Notes: generated by a model not told the origin, from the sequence alone. 64,000 bases of DNA from an uncultured delta proteobacterium (GCA_963760795.1 CAVXEP010000015.1:64001-128000), one strand, 5' to 3'. Shown: positions 21,621 to 32,176, counted from the stretch's first letter. A program made the numbers and translations.

Positions 21621-23066
21621 ATGGCATATAACAGCCTGCAAGATTTCCTTCAAGTTTTGGAGCGTGAGGGCGAGTTGAAGCGGATATCCCATCCCGGTCA
21701 AGGCCGAGTTGGAAATCACCGAGATCGCCGATCGCGTGATGAAATCCGCCGGGCCGGCGTTGCTCTTTGAAAACGTCGTCGGCAAAAACATCCCGGTGTT
21801 GATCAACGCCTTCGGTTCGACCAAGAGGATGGCGTTGGCGTTGGGTGTGAAGGACATCGAGGAGATCGCCGCCGAGATCGCCAAGCTAATCCAAACCCGC
21901 CCGCCAAAGTCGTTCAAAGACAAACTGCAGCTACTCGGCGAACTGGTGAAACTGGCGGGTATCCCGCCGAAGATGGTCAAAGAAGCGGCTTGCCAGGAAG
22001 TCGTCAATCGCGATCCTGATCTGAACCTGCTGCCGGTGCTGACCTGCTGGCCCGGCGACGCCGGGCCGTTTATCACTCTGCCGATGGTTTTTTCCAAAGA
22101 TGCCGTGAAAGGCACGAGAAATGTCGGGCTCTATCGCATGCAGATCTTCGATCAAGCGCACCACCGGCATGCATTGGCATCTGCACAAAGTCGGCGCCAG
22201 ACATTTTCAGCAACAGAAAGAAAACAAGGGTAAGTTGGAGCTGGCGGTCTGCCTCGGCGGCGATCCGGCGATGATCTACGCCGCCACCGCGCCGCTGCCG
22301 CCGCAGATCGATGAGATCCTCTTCACTGGCTTCTTGCGCAAAAAAGGCGTCGAGTTAATTAAATGCCTAACCGTCGACATCGAAGTGCCGGCCAACTCGG
22401 ACATCGTCATCGAAGGCTACGTCGATCCAGCGGAGCCGCTGCGGCGTGAAGGCCCCTTCGGCGATCACACGGGTTTCTATTCGCTGGCCGATGATTATCC
22501 GGTGTTTCACGTGACCTGCATCACCCAGCGGAAAAATCCGATTTATCCAACCACCATCGTCGGCCGTCCGCCGATGGAAGACGCCTTTCTTGGCAAAGCC
22601 ACTGAACGACTGTTTCTGCCGCTCTTGCGCGTCACCCTGCCCGAGATCGTCGACATGAACCTGCCCGTGCATGGGGTGTTTCATAACCTGGCGATCATCT
22701 CGATCAAGAAAGAATATCCGGCCCACGGGCGCAAAGTCATGCACGCTCTATGGGGCTTGGGGCAGATGATGTTCACCAAGACCCTGATCGTCGTCGATCA
22801 CGACGTCAATGTGCATGATCTCGCCGAAGTCACCTGGGTAGTCGGTAATAATATCGAACCCAAACGCGACACTATCTTCGTCCGACGGCCCGGTCGACGT
22901 CCTCGATCATGCCGCGCCGGTGCTCGGCTATGGCTCTAAGCTCGGTCTCGATGCCACGCGCAAGTGGCGCAGCGAGGGTTTCGAGCGGGAATGGCCCGAC
23001 GCCATCGTCATGGACGAGAAAACCAAAAAACACATCGACGCAATCTGGGAAAAACTGGGACTATGA
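21621..23066 (+). CDS. mqnL: UbiD-family menaquinone biosynthesis decarboxylase (three +1 frameshifts near 21696, 22155 and 22881)
   Basis: MAYNSLQDFL, LEITEIADR, RNVGLYRMQ, GMHWHLHK, EGPFGDHTGFY, GRPPMED, GPVDVLDHA, DATRKW; ATGA overlap with a UbiA gene. Confidence 0.88.
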
Positions 23067-23995
23067 AAGCCGATACCGTTCGCCAATCCAAATTTATAAA
23101 CCTAAAAACTAAAATCGCCGCCTACGGCAGCCTTGTGCGCTTTTCTCACACCGTCTTTGCGCTCCCCTTCGCCATGGCGTCGCTCGCCCTGGCTTGGCCG
23201 CGACATCCGGTGTCGCTACGCAGTTTGCTTTGGATACTGGTCGCCATGGTCGGCGCGCGCACCGCGGCGATGGGATTTAACCGCCTGGCGGATCGTAAGT
23301 TCGACGCCTTGAATCCGCGCACGAAGAACTGGGAGATACCCCAGGGCAAAGTGAAGGTCGGTGAAGCCGTACTGCTCACAGCCCTGGCTTCGGCACTCTT
23401 TATTTTCGCCGCCTATCAGCTCAACTGGGTTTGTTTTGTCCTATCCCCCGTTGCTTTGGCGATTGTGTTCTTTTACTCGCTCACCAAGAGGTTTACTTGG
23501 GCGGCCCATCTGTTTCTCGGCCTCGCCCTGGCTATCGCTCCGATAGGCGCTTGGTTAGCCGTCGCGCGCCCGCCGTTCGACATCGCCGAACTGCAAATCC
23601 CGATTTATCTTGGTCTCGCCGTGGTCTTTTGGCTCGCCGGCTTCGACATCATCTACTCGCTGCAAGACCGGGAGTTTGACGGCAAGATCGGCCTCCATTC
23701 GATCCCAGTGCGATTCGGCGTCGCCGGCGCGCTAAGATTGTCGAGCGCCTTTCATTGCGGCACGGTTTTGTTTCTCGCCCTCGTCGGCAGCGCGGCTGCG
23801 ATGGGGGCTTTTTACTGGCTCGGGTTTCTGGCGGTCACCGCAGTTTTAGTCTGGGAGCATCGCATCGTCACACCTACCGATCTATCGCGCATTGATAAAG
23901 CTTTCTTCGACCTCAATGCCTATGTCAGCCTAGGCTATTTTCTTTTCACCCTCGCCGATATTCTGCTGATCTCGAAAAACGGGATCGGTGCATGA
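23063..23995 (+). CDS. mqnP: UbiA-family polyprenyltransferase (futalosine pathway type)
   Basis: FSHTVFALPFA, GARTAAMGFNRLADRKFDALNPRT, YSLTKRFT, GFDIIYSLQD. Confidence 0.88.
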   Translation: MKADTVRQSKFINLKTKIAAYGSLVRFSHTVFALPFAMASLALAWPRHPVSLRSLLWILVAMVGARTAAMGFNRLADRKFDALNPRTKNWEIPQGKVKVGEAVLLTALASALFIFAAYQLNWVCFVLSPVALAIVFFYSLTKRFTWAAHLFLGLALAIAPIGAWLAVARPPFDIAELQIPIYLGLAVVFWLAGFDIIYSLQDREFDGKIGLHSIPVRFGVAGALRLSSAFHCGTVLFLALVGSAAAMGAFYWLGFLAVTAVLVWEHRIVTPTDLSRIDKAFFDLNAYVSLGYFLFTLADILLISKNGIGA

Positions 23996-24777
23996 GTTTC
24001 TCGCTGATCGCACTCCTGGCGTCGTTGGGCGCCTTGGGTGGCTTTGCCGCTGGGCTGCTCGGTGTCGGCGGCGGCGTCGTGATGTTTCCGCTGCTCTATT
24101 ACGTACCGCCGCTTTTCGGTTTGACGCCGCTCGATGCCAAAACGGTTGCGGCAGTCGTCAGTAGCCAAGTGTTCTTTTCCGCTCTGTTCGGAGGCTGGGC
24201 GCATTTGCGCAGGGGGCAAGTTGAGAGTGGCATCACCATCACAGCTGGAGTCGCATCCGCGGCCGGTGCCTTGCTCGGCGCCGTGGCGTCTAAATGGGTA
24301 TCCGAAGGATTTCTGCTGGTTCTTTTCGGATTGATGACCACAACTGCCGGGCTGGCGATGTCTCTGCCAATGCCTCACCGCAGCGGCAACGAAGCATCGG
24401 CGCAATATCTCCCAGTCGCCAAGCTCCCACTAGCCGCTGCCTCCATCTCGGCAGGGGTCGTGATCGGCTTTCTTGGAGCGGGTAATTTTGCTTTCGTGCC
24501 GTTGCTCATATACGCCTTCAAGGTTCCCACCCGAGTCGCTATCGGCAGCACACTGGTAATCGGCTTGATGAATGGCACCTTGGGATTCATCGGCAAATTG
24601 GCAACCAAGCAAGTGCCGCTGCTGGCTGCAAGCGTCGTCGTCACGGCAGCCGCGCTAAGCGCGCTCGCCGGTGCAAGAGTGCATCGAGAAATAACCATCG
24701 GGGTCCTACGGAAAATCTACGCGGTGCTGGTGAGCCTGATCGCGCTCACGGTGTGGATCACCGCGTGGCGTAGGTAG
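23992..24777 (+). CDS. TauE/SafE sulfite exporter family protein
   Basis: GLLGVGGGVV..P, AIGSTL; 8 TM segments. Confidence 0.85.
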   Translation: MSFSLIALLASLGALGGFAAGLLGVGGGVVMFPLLYYVPPLFGLTPLDAKTVAAVVSSQVFFSALFGGWAHLRRGQVESGITITAGVASAAGALLGAVASKWVSEGFLLVLFGLMTTTAGLAMSLPMPHRSGNEASAQYLPVAKLPLAAASISAGVVIGFLGAGNFAFVPLLIYAFKVPTRVAIGSTLVIGLMNGTLGFIGKLATKQVPLLAASVVVTAAALSALAGARVHREITIGVLRKIYAVLVSLIALTVWITAWRR

Positions 24778-24920
24778 CAAACCCCTGGAGAGAACCAGCC
24801 CGCACACGAAATGTTGTAATTTCGAATCACGAGCGCTCAGCGATGGTCGAATTTCACACATTGAATTCGATAATCCGTCGGCGTATGCTCAAGCGTAAAA
24901 TCATCATAGGGAGGGGTCTG

Positions 24921-25565
24921 ATGAAAACTAGATACTCGCTTGGATTGTTTCTTATGGTGGCCCTCATTGGCGGCTGCGCCAGCCTTCAGATTGGCACTGA
25001 TTTCCAAGCTGGCCGTAACGCGCTCATAACCGGCAAAAGCGAAGTCGCGCTGTCCTACTTCCAGAGCGTAGCTGAGAAAGACCCTGGGTATCGTTACGGC
25101 ACCGCGTACCGGCAAGGCGTTTTGAGTTATCTCGGCCGCGCCGAATATTTCGTCGGCCAGCTGCCGCAAGCGCAGAAGACGCTCGAGCGCGCGATCGCCG
25201 CCAACCGCGACGAAGATCTAGCCCGCCTCTATTTAGGCCTAACACTTACCCGCACAGGAGAGCGCCAGCGCGGCGTGAGCGAGATTGAGAACGGCATGAA
25301 GGGGATTAACGGCTTCTTGGAGTATGTTACCGAAGCCCATCGCTTCTCGTTCGGTCGCTTCTGGGACCCGGCACGCGCCATCCGATCGGCGATTCAGAGC
25401 GACTTGGCGATGATTTCTCGCCGGGAATTCGATGTCGAACGGTTAATCGTTTCGGCTGAAGCGATCGGCAAACAGATGGAAGACGAGGTCGATCGCGCCC
25501 GTCAAGACGAAACCCGCGAGCTCTCGCGCCAAAACGACGGCGGCTCAGGCAGCAGCCAACCTTAA
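24921..25565 (+). CDS. TPR lipoprotein
   Basis: Lipobox IGGC; LSYLGRAEY and ARLYLGLTL TPR helices; GGAGG RBS. Confidence 0.75.
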   Translation: MKTRYSLGLFLMVALIGGCASLQIGTDFQAGRNALITGKSEVALSYFQSVAEKDPGYRYGTAYRQGVLSYLGRAEYFVGQLPQAQKTLERAIAANRDEDLARLYLGLTLTRTGERQRGVSEIENGMKGINGFLEYVTEAHRFSFGRFWDPARAIRSAIQSDLAMISRREFDVERLIVSAEAIGKQMEDEVDRARQDETRELSRQNDGGSGSSQP

Positions 25566-25583
25566 TACTTTAGCGAGCGGCAC

Positions 25584-25625
25584 CCACGGCCAAATCGGCA
25601 ATTGCGATTGCCGATTTGGCCGTGG
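25584..25625. terminator. Perfect 19-bp inverted repeat between convergent TPR genes
   Basis: ccacggccaaatcggcaat-tgcg-attgccgatttggccgtgg; no U-tract. Confidence 0.6.
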
Positions 25626-25660
25626 AACGATTCGCCGCTACCCCAGAGTTCAGCTATGGT

Positions 25661-26293
25661 TTATTGACCGTAGAAGGGCCGCAGGTTTTGCTGTCTGGTG
25701 TTTCTTTGAAAGTTGTCTTCTTCGTCGACAATCGCCAATAACCGATCGGTAGCTTCGATAATATTGCTTTTCTCCTCGGCCCCTTTCGTCAACAGGAACG
25801 CAGACCGCCGGAGCGCCGCGCGGATCAGACCGCGGGTATCCCAGTAAACATAGTTCTTGTAGCCGTCCACCATCACCTTGTTGGCCAAGGTGATTCCACC
25901 CTTGAGAGTTTCCACGCCTTTATCATTTTCGCCCAAGCGAAGTTGAGTAACTCCGAACGCGATCCAGGCGATCTCATCGTCCTTGTTCACCACCAGGGCG
26001 CGCTGCAATATGGCGTGGGCATCTTGAAACCGCGCTTTGCGATAGTACGCCCGGCCCAGATAGGTCAGGCTGTCTTTATAGGTCGGATCTTGGCTTACGA
26101 CGTTTTCCAAGGCGACCACCGCAGTATCCATGTCGCCGGCGCGGCCGCGAAGGAATTGCTCGCGCCCCTCTTCGTATCGCCCACCCATGCCAAAGCGTGG
26201 AATACTGTGGCTGCAAGCTAGATTCATGATGACTATCATGATCAGCGCGCTGGCGGCCGCGAGCCAACGCCGATAAAATTGCCGTCCAATCAT
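25661..26293 (-). CDS. TPR lipoprotein, paralog of 24921-25565
   Basis: Lipobox NLAC; DPTYKDSLTYLGRAYY, NKDDEIAW. Confidence 0.75.
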   Translation of the reverse strand: MIGRQFYRRWLAAASALIMIVIMNLACSHSIPRFGMGGRYEEGREQFLRGRAGDMDTAVVALENVVSQDPTYKDSLTYLGRAYYRKARFQDAHAILQRALVVNKDDEIAWIAFGVTQLRLGENDKGVETLKGGITLANKVMVDGYKNYVYWDTRGLIRAALRRSAFLLTKGAEEKSNIIEATDRLLAIVDEEDNFQRNTRQQNLRPFYGQ

Positions 26294-26500
26294 AACCAGA
26301 CTCCCTAAATCGATGGCTGAAACCTTCTGACTTGACAAAATGCGACTGTAAAAATCGCGCTATCGGTTATTTAGCATATCCAAGTGGCAACTCAATGACA
26401 GGTCCACGCCAACACCCAGCCTTAGCCTTACATCATTCAGAGATTCTGACGATAACCCGTAGCAGCCAAACCCACTGCTTTTGCATGCCTGGCCGACAAT

Positions 26501-26533
26501 AAAAAGGGGGAGTCATTGCTGACTCCCCCTTTT
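26501..26533 (-). terminator. Intrinsic terminator of the porin gene (potentially bidirectional)
   Basis: GGGGGAGTCA-GCAA-TGACTCCCCC followed by a T-tract on the minus strand. Confidence 0.88.
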
Positions 26534-26559
26534 GCTTGAAACGTCTGTAAGCTATGCGC

Positions 26560-28065
26560 TTAGAACGTGTAGCGCCAGTTCAAGAACCACTCCATCCAGT
26601 CGCCGCCCTTGCCGTTGCGGCAGTTGGCAGGAGCATTCGGACACACGTCAAGATTATGCGCCGGTTGGTTACGCGCATTTTGCAGGTTGGATGCTTCGGT
26701 CCACAGGATGTTGATACCCACGCTCATGCGCGGCGCGATGAAGTACCACAGATCCCACTCGTTGAGCCTGATCGCGCTGCGGTGAAAGTCGCCGCTGTTG
26801 AGCGTCGCCGGGCAGGTTATGCCCGTGCTGCCATTACAACCCACCGACAAGTCGGTGCGCTCAAAGTGGTAGCCGAACAAGATCGAGCCAGGCGTCGTCG
26901 ACGACCCGGTCAACCAGCCCTTGGGACTCCACAGATACATATCGTGACCGATCAGGAATACATTGGCTTTCTTTTGGCCTTGGCCATTGGCTGCGTTGCC
27001 GATGCCGGTGCCCCGATCCTCGGATCGTTGCCAGGCGTACATCGACCGTAAGGTATACGGGCCGACGTTCCACACCAAACCGGGACCCTGTTGGATCGTC
27101 AGGCCGTCACCCACCGAGTTGGCGCCGGTGCTAAACAGCGTCTGCCGGCCGCCACGGGCGTTGGTCTGGATGCGGTACTGGTTGCAACCGTTCGCCACTG
27201 CGCGGTTGTCCGAGTTACAGAACCACGCGCCATACTCGAGGGTTAAACCACTGATCCATTTGTTCTTGACCTGCGAGAACGGCGAAATGTTGAGGTAGGA
27301 GTGGAAGTCTTTGCGGTCGGTGTTGAGCTGCGTGCCGTCGCCGCCTTCGCCGTAGGAGTTCATGCCGACTTGGAAGCGGCCGATGCGGCCGGGGATGCCG
27401 ATGCTCGACAACGATCGGTCATCCCAGGTAAGGGTGATGCCGGAGCTGGCGCTGCCGGTGTTGAAGCCCAAAGCCTGGGTCAACATGTCGTACTCGGCCT
27501 GCGCGCCCGTGGCGCCCGAGCCCTGGCGCGCCAAGCTGACCGGACCCGAGTTGGTCGTGTCCATGCCGAACTGCACACTGGGCAGCCAGGGATTGAGCTG
27601 GTCGGCATTGAAATAGATTACGCCGCGCTGCAACGGCGTGTTGCCGCCGAAGCCGTCCAAGTCCAGGCGCCAGTCGATCTGCCATAGGCAGTTGTTGACG
27701 CACAGATAAAACTCCGGCCGGAAGCGCCGCCCTTCCAACTCGCCCATGCTGCGGCCGACCTGGTCGCGCCCTTGCTCGAAATTGTAGCGCATATGCGCTT
27801 CGAACGAATGACGGAACGACCACGACTTGTCGGCCGCTTCGATCATCATGCCGTTGCCGGGACGATACGAAAACGAGGGCATCGCCGCCGCTGCCGCGGT
27901 CGCCTCTTTCTTCAACTCGATCTGCGATTCTTTTAGCTGCTGGAGTTCCTGCTCGAGCGCGCTGATCTTGTCACTCACACTCTGCGCTTGAACCGTTCCC
28001 GCCGCTAGAAGGAACGCAGCTAGCAAACTCGCTAACCACATACTCTTCTTCTTCATAATACCCAT
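26560..28065 (-). CDS. Outer-membrane porin-like beta-barrel (OprO/P-like) with N-terminal coiled coil
   Basis: Signal peptide ending VQA; coiled coil; amphipathic strands; C-terminal WRYTF beta-signal. Confidence 0.75.
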   Translation of the reverse strand: MGIMKKKSMWLASLLAAFLLAAGTVQAQSVSDKISALEQELQQLKESQIELKKEATAAAAAMPSFSYRPGNGMMIEAADKSWSFRHSFEAHMRYNFEQGRDQVGRSMGELEGRRFRPEFYLCVNNCLWQIDWRLDLDGFGGNTPLQRGVIYFNADQLNPWLPSVQFGMDTTNSGPVSLARQGSGATGAQAEYDMLTQALGFNTGSASSGITLTWDDRSLSSIGIPGRIGRFQVGMNSYGEGGDGTQLNTDRKDFHSYLNISPFSQVKNKWISGLTLEYGAWFCNSDNRAVANGCNQYRIQTNARGGRQTLFSTGANSVGDGLTIQQGPGLVWNVGPYTLRSMYAWQRSEDRGTGIGNAANGQGQKKANVFLIGHDMYLWSPKGWLTGSSTTPGSILFGYHFERTDLSVGCNGSTGITCPATLNSGDFHRSAIRLNEWDLWYFIAPRMSVGINILWTEASNLQNARNQPAHNLDVCPNAPANCRNGKGGDWMEWFLNWRYTF

Positions 28066-28422
28066 TGCCTCCTTTTGCCTCCCTTAAAATAGCTACCGTT
28101 ACTTCGTTTGAAAGCGAAATTGCCAGGAAATGACCTGGAAATTGCGACTGTTCTCAAAGGTTTTACTCGAATTATCCCTTATCCGACAATAGGACGTTGG
28201 CCTGATTTTCCTCTTGAGCTCGCGGTTAATTCCAAAAATACTAATACCTAAGTACTATAATCTTGGTGAAAGGCTTTATTTTAAAGCCATTCTAGCGATG
28301 AAGAGGCTCAAACGAGCCGCCTTTTGACGCATTTTCCCATGGCTGCACGTGCGGTATAGAGCTTGGAATTTGTTTATTTTTATGCGACTTAACGAATTAA
28401 ATGGTGAACCGTTAAAAATCTC

Positions 28423-28893
28423 ATGATTAGCAATAACCACAAAAATTTCTTAGCAGCGCGATGGCTGGCGATGGGATTGTGTTTTTTATCCGCGTCCTGC
28501 GCGCCGCGGATAGTTGAAATGCAGCCGCTCAAGGGGTTCCCCGGCGACACCGTTAGCTTGTCGTTCGAATATTTAGTCGGTTGGCCGCGCGTCGAGATCG
28601 GCAACGTGATGATGGACTGGCCGCAGCTCAGGCTTCAAGCCAGCGATCCGACTCGGCGAGACGTTCCTGGGGAAGAACTCATTTGGATCGAAGATAAAAT
28701 TCTCCATTTCAAGATCCCGGAGCTAGCTCCCGGCGATTATCAAGTCACCATCCACGACGATAAGGGGCCTCCCGGCGATTGGATTTATTCCTTCCTTGAG
28801 ACCACTGCTTACCTGGTGTTTCCGCCGGTATGGCCCTTCGTCTTGCGCTCTAATCAAGTGCAGGTTGGATTACACGTATTGCCGAAAAACTAA
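28423..28893 (+). CDS. Hypothetical lipoprotein, Ig-like/IPT-like
   Basis: SASC lipobox; P.GFPGDTV, F.IPELAPGDYQVTI. Confidence 0.6.
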   Translation: MISNNHKNFLAARWLAMGLCFLSASCAPRIVEMQPLKGFPGDTVSLSFEYLVGWPRVEIGNVMMDWPQLRLQASDPTRRDVPGEELIWIEDKILHFKIPELAPGDYQVTIHDDKGPPGDWIYSFLETTAYLVFPPVWPFVLRSNQVQVGLHVLPKN

Positions 28894-28949
28894 CCCACAC
28901 CTGACTGCCATTCCACTCATGGCAGTCGACAGCGGCACCGAGAATAAGC

Positions 28950-28977
28950 TTGACTCAGATACTCGTGCATGTATGCT
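28950..28977 (+). promoter_or_regulatory. Possible sigma70 promoter of bamD
   Basis: TTGACT-N16-TATGCT. Confidence 0.3.
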
Positions 28978-29011
28978 AAAAAGAATCTCACGAAATATCG
29001 GGGCTGAATCT

Positions 29012-30829
29012 ATGCCGAAGATAACCATTACACTAATTTTAGTGCTATGCGTGATGTTGCCCGCATGCTCGTCGGTTTCATTGCCGTCTCTGCCATGGTC
29101 CGGTTCGGCGGCGAAGGCCGACCCCACGGCGGAAGCGCTCTTCGACGAGGGCACGCGCAATTTCAACGACAAGAAATATGTGCGCGCCATCGATAGTTTC
29201 ACGAAAATCAAGACCGATCATCCGTTCAGCCCGCTGGTCACCCAGGCCGAACTGATGGTTGCCGACGCTCACTATCTCAATGAACAGTTTCCCGAGGCGA
29301 TCAATCTGTTTAAGGAGTTCCAGGAGCTGCATCCGACCAGCGAGCATCTTCCCTTCATCACGTTGCGCCTCGGCCAAGCCCACTTCGACCAGTTCACCGC
29401 CGTCGACCGCGAACAGAAAAATACTGAACTCGCTAAGGGATATTTTGAAGCGGTGATCACCAAATATCCGAAGTCGCCGCAAGCGGCCATCGCCAAGACC
29501 AAACTCGCGCAGACCGTCGAGTACCTGGCCGAGCATGAATTCAGCGCCGCCGAATTTTATTTCAAACAGCAAAAATTTGCCGCCGCGCGCGACCGCTTCG
29601 AGGAGATCGTGCGCAAGTACCGAGACACGCCGACGGCGGTCAAGAGCCTGTACTTCTTGGGTGAATGCTATCGCCAGGAGAAAAATAGCCCGCGCGCGAC
29701 GCTGGCCTATGAAGCGCTGATCCAGCGCTATCCGCAAAGTAAGTACGCCGCCGATGCGCGCACCCAACTAGCCCTGGTCGAGAAAGAAAAAGGCGATCCA
29801 CTGGATATTTTGTTGATGCGCGACCGCCGCCCCGGCGCCGCTCCCGCTCCTGAAGTGAAGGAAGACCCGGCGCTGGCCAAGCTCAAGGATCTCAACCTGG
29901 TGGCCAAGAACGAAGTCGTTTACGAGGAGCCCGGCGCGGAAAAAGGATTTTTCCGCCGCGTCACCGAGAAAATCAACCCTTTTTCGTCTTCGTCAAGCTC
30001 GAATTCAAGCGAACCTAAGCCCCAGTCGGCCTTGGATCTAATGGTAAAGAAAACCGAAGCAGCCGCCAAGAGCAACGAGCCCAAAGCCAGCGGTCTTGTC
30101 GCTGGTGTCGATCAGTCGTTGCAACAAAGGGGCATCGACAGCCAGTCGCGCCAGGCGACGCTGAAAGCTCCAGCCGCGGATCTACCCAAACCGGATGCTG
30201 CGCCGGCGCCGCCAACCGATACCCGCGCGCTCTTGGGTTCCATCGACGTCAATCTGCAAAAGAGCGGGACAAATCCCAACCAAATGCCAAATGCACCGGC
30301 AGCGGCCGCAGCATTCAACGACAGCGCAATTGTGCAAGCCGCGGTGGCTCAAGCCGCCACGGCAAATCAGAAACCCCAAAGCGCTCCAGTTAATGACGTT
30401 TTGAGCAGCATCGATCAGAAGTTACGCGCTAGAGGGGTCGAACCGGCAAAGTTTGAAGCTGCGCCATCCCCGGCGCAGGTGAAGGAAGCCACGGTTGCCA
30501 AACCACAACCGCCGACCGTCGAATTGGAACCCAAGCTCGTCCTGGAAAAAGGGCCGTTGTATTTGAGTCCGAGCGAAACCCAACCGAGCGCCAGCGCTGA
30601 ACCGGTGCCAAGCGGTGCTCCGTCTCCGGCTAGCGAGCCCAAGCAAGAAAACGCCTCCAGATTGCTGGTGAAGGGACCGGTACAGGCGCAAGCCCAAGTG
30701 CCGGGCCAAAAGCCAGCCACTGCGAGAACCCCTGGGGCTGGGCAAGACGATACGCCACCGAGCGCATTCGGACAGATTCAGCAGGATCTCGAGAAGGCCA
30801 GCAAGATTCTCAATCCGTTCAACTGGTAA
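29012..30829 (+). CDS. bamD: Outer membrane protein assembly factor BamD with a long C-terminal extension
   Basis: LPAC lipobox; HPFSP, F.ELHPTSE, DREQ..T..A, LAEHEF..AEFY, AA..RF; then more than 300 aa of Pro/Ala-rich tail. Confidence 0.85.
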   Translation: MPKITITLILVLCVMLPACSSVSLPSLPWSGSAAKADPTAEALFDEGTRNFNDKKYVRAIDSFTKIKTDHPFSPLVTQAELMVADAHYLNEQFPEAINLFKEFQELHPTSEHLPFITLRLGQAHFDQFTAVDREQKNTELAKGYFEAVITKYPKSPQAAIAKTKLAQTVEYLAEHEFSAAEFYFKQQKFAAARDRFEEIVRKYRDTPTAVKSLYFLGECYRQEKNSPRATLAYEALIQRYPQSKYAADARTQLALVEKEKGDPLDILLMRDRRPGAAPAPEVKEDPALAKLKDLNLVAKNEVVYEEPGAEKGFFRRVTEKINPFSSSSSSNSSEPKPQSALDLMVKKTEAAAKSNEPKASGLVAGVDQSLQQRGIDSQSRQATLKAPAADLPKPDAAPAPPTDTRALLGSIDVNLQKSGTNPNQMPNAPAAAAAFNDSAIVQAAVAQAATANQKPQSAPVNDVLSSIDQKLRARGVEPAKFEAAPSPAQVKEATVAKPQPPTVELEPKLVLEKGPLYLSPSETQPSASAEPVPSGAPSPASEPKQENASRLLVKGPVQAQAQVPGQKPATARTPGAGQDDTPPSAFGQIQQDLEKASKILNPFNW

Positions 30830-30885
30830 CCATCCGCGACGAACCCAATCCCATCGTAACTCCCCGGCGCCATCGACTCTGACGG

Positions 30886-32016
30886 TCATTTCGCCGTTGG
30901 CGCCGGGCGCACGCGCACACCTTCTGTGATTTCGCTAAGCCGCTCGGCAATCACTCTATCGCCGGCATTCAAGCCGTCGCGAATCGCCACTGGGTCGGCG
31001 CTCTCGTCGGCGAGTTGCACCGCGCGCCGCGCGGCACGACCGTCGATTATTAAATAGACAAAATACTGGTCGGCCAGCGATTGCAGCGCCGACCGGGGAA
31101 TCGACAATACCAGCTCTTGATGCGCCAGAGTTAGAGCAACATCGACGACGGTACCGATGGGCAGGGCGCGATCGCGATTGTCGACGCTGATTTCTAGCTG
31201 AATCTCCTCGGCGGCGGCGCTGCCTTCTAGGCGCACCACTTTCCCCGCGCGCGCCCCGGCGGGCAATTCCCGGGGGGAAACTTGCGCGGTTATGCCGTCA
31301 CCAATGAGATCTTTGAATCTCGCCGGCGCTGCGCCAACCAGCTTCAACCTATCGATCTGCGCGATGGCAAGAATCGCGCGCGCCGCAGTGACCGGGGCGC
31401 CCGGCGATAATGCACCCACGACCAAACCGCTCACCGGCGCGACGATATGCGCCAGTTGTTGCAGTTTGCGCGCCTGGAGCAACATCGCTTCCTCTTGGGC
31501 AATTTGGGCACGCGCCAACTCAAGCTGCGCTGTCGCCGTAGCGGCTTGAATCTCAGCCTGTTCGACGTCGCGCCGGGCAATCAAGTCTCGACGATAAAGC
31601 TCCTGGTGGCGCGACAGCTGTTTGTCCGCTTCCGCGGCCTCCTGTTGCCTTTCCTGGAACTGCTTTCTGGTGGCGATGAGTCCGGATTCAACTAGGCGGG
31701 TGCGCTCAACGATCTCACCAGAAGACACTGACGCCACCACCGCGCCGGCGGTGACAGTTTCGCCGGTTTTGAATCTAACCTCGGTCAACCTGCCGGCAAG
31801 CCGCGATACCACATCGACTTCGGCGCTCGGCTGAAGCTCACCGCTCATGCGTAGGACCACCGGCCGCGACTCTGGCTTGACCTCGGCAACGGCAACGACA
31901 ATTTCCTTGGCATCGGTAAACCGCTGCCAAGGAATCAGCCCGAAGCGGAATAAACCAAGAGCAAGCAGCGCCAGAGAGCCAGAGACAGCGATAACCGGCC
32001 AACGTGGCGGTTTCAT
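30886..32016 (-). CDS. RND efflux periplasmic adaptor (second MFP)
   Basis: SRLAGRLTEV..KTGETV, IVAPVSG, IPRSAL, GLNAGDRVI. Confidence 0.85.
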   Translation of the reverse strand: MKPPRWPVIAVSGSLALLALGLFRFGLIPWQRFTDAKEIVVAVAEVKPESRPVVLRMSGELQPSAEVDVVSRLAGRLTEVRFKTGETVTAGAVVASVSSGEIVERTRLVESGLIATRKQFQERQQEAAEADKQLSRHQELYRRDLIARRDVEQAEIQAATATAQLELARAQIAQEEAMLLQARKLQQLAHIVAPVSGLVVGALSPGAPVTAARAILAIAQIDRLKLVGAAPARFKDLIGDGITAQVSPRELPAGARAGKVVRLEGSAAAEEIQLEISVDNRDRALPIGTVVDVALTLAHQELVLSIPRSALQSLADQYFVYLIIDGRAARRAVQLADESADPVAIRDGLNAGDRVIAERLSEITEGVRVRPAPTAK

Positions 32017-32176
32017 CGGTGCTCGCCCGCTAAACCCGACGGCGGCGGGTTGGCGATCTGGCAGCGAAATAAACTTGGCTTTGGACGAAGGTTCACGGCT
32101 ACAGCATACGCCAAAAGGCCACCGTCTGTTGCCAGACGATGGCCTGTGACGTTCATTGCTTTGGTCCGGCGAGCGC

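Noticed and set aside
21621-23066. Programmed frameshifting or pseudogenisation of mqnL (likewise nadE and fabI)
   Set aside because: There are no slippery heptamers at the shift sites, and indels are scattered across many unrelated genes, consistent with read errors.
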